Source: a virus
IMG/VR virus record: IMGVR_UViG_3300029775_000005
Span: 1-42,752 of that record
Reading direction: 5' to 3' (one strand)
Length of the DNA: 42,752 nucleotides
Shown: positions 42,457 to 42,752 of the stretch, piece after piece
Numbering within the stretch: the stretch's first letter is position 1
Layout of the letters: each line of letters begins with the position of its first letter
Translations under genes and position numbers: made by a program
The notes under the pieces: generated by a model
Told to the model about the DNA's origin: nothing
Seen by the model: only the letters and a program-made list of their open reading frames with translations
Databases searched by the model: none

Positions 42457-42752
42457 GTTCCCCTCCTGGCGACCTTGGGCTGGCGCTCCCGTATCGCCCG
42501 GGCGAGGTCGCGGACCGCGTCGGCCAGGTAGAAGAGGCCGTCCATCGGGTCGACGCCGTCGTCGAGCGGGGCCATCCGGATCACCTGGACGGCAGGGGTG
42601 CCGACCTCGTCGGCCGCCTGCGTGAACTCCTGCAGGCTCATGCCGGCGGGGACGTGACCGGCCTCCTGGAGGGCCTGCCAGAAGACGGCCGGGTCGGTGA
42701 TGCCGATCCCGGCCAGGACCTCTCGGGGGGGGAGAGGCGCCCGCTGCAGGAT
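42453..42752 (-). CDS. Partial hypothetical protein, runs off the window end
   Basis: Frame of 42453..42641 stays open to 42752 (ILQRAPLPPREVLAGIGITDPAVFW...). Confidence 0.6.
   Translation of the reverse strand: MLQRAPLPPREVLAGIGITDPAVFWQALQEAGHVPAGMSLQEFTQAADEVGTPAVQVIRMAPLDDGVDPMDGLFYLADAVRDLARAIRERQPKVARRGT

Noticed and set aside
1-42752. tRNA genes, integrase, att sites, transposases
   Set aside because: None recognisable by eye; tRNAscan-SE and the flanking sequence would be needed to exclude them formally

Overview
The window is a large part of a high-GC tailed archaeal virus or provirus with a contractile (myovirus-type) tail. Almost all genes lie on the minus strand. Archaeal identity is inferred from TATA-box promoters, an Hjc-like resolvase and a stand-alone NrdD-type protein; the host is probably a Methanomicrobia-type methanogen (inference). 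In transcription order (right to left) it holds: early/middle genes (Gam/Gp157-like, Hjc-like, FTR-like); a frameshifted ParB-DNA methyltransferase; a PLD-family protein; TerS/TerL; portal; a MuF head protein carrying ADP-ribosyltransferase and zinc-peptidase domains; protease/scaffold; decoration protein; major capsid; neck; candidate lysis genes; an embedded 4.4-kb early-type operon; sheath, tube, frameshifting chaperone, tape measure, baseplate, a PAAR-adhesin spike tip and tail fibre; a palindrome-rich control/origin region; and a second early cluster. No integrase, polymerase, helicase, tRNA, CRISPR array or reverse transcriptase was seen. The most striking signals are: (1) an approximately 44-bp CCGAC-TATA-CCGAC-ATG element at fixed spacing before 11 late starts, one of them inside the protease gene where it would make a nested scaffold protein; (2) a two-toxin MuF protein with a candidate immunity gene; (3) a circularly permuted ASCH domain; (4) a C-terminal PAAR fused to lectin/PKD domains; (5) a stand-alone glycyl-radical NrdD module; and (6) a candidate S-layer lysis set. 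All family calls come from motif recognition by eye, not database searches.
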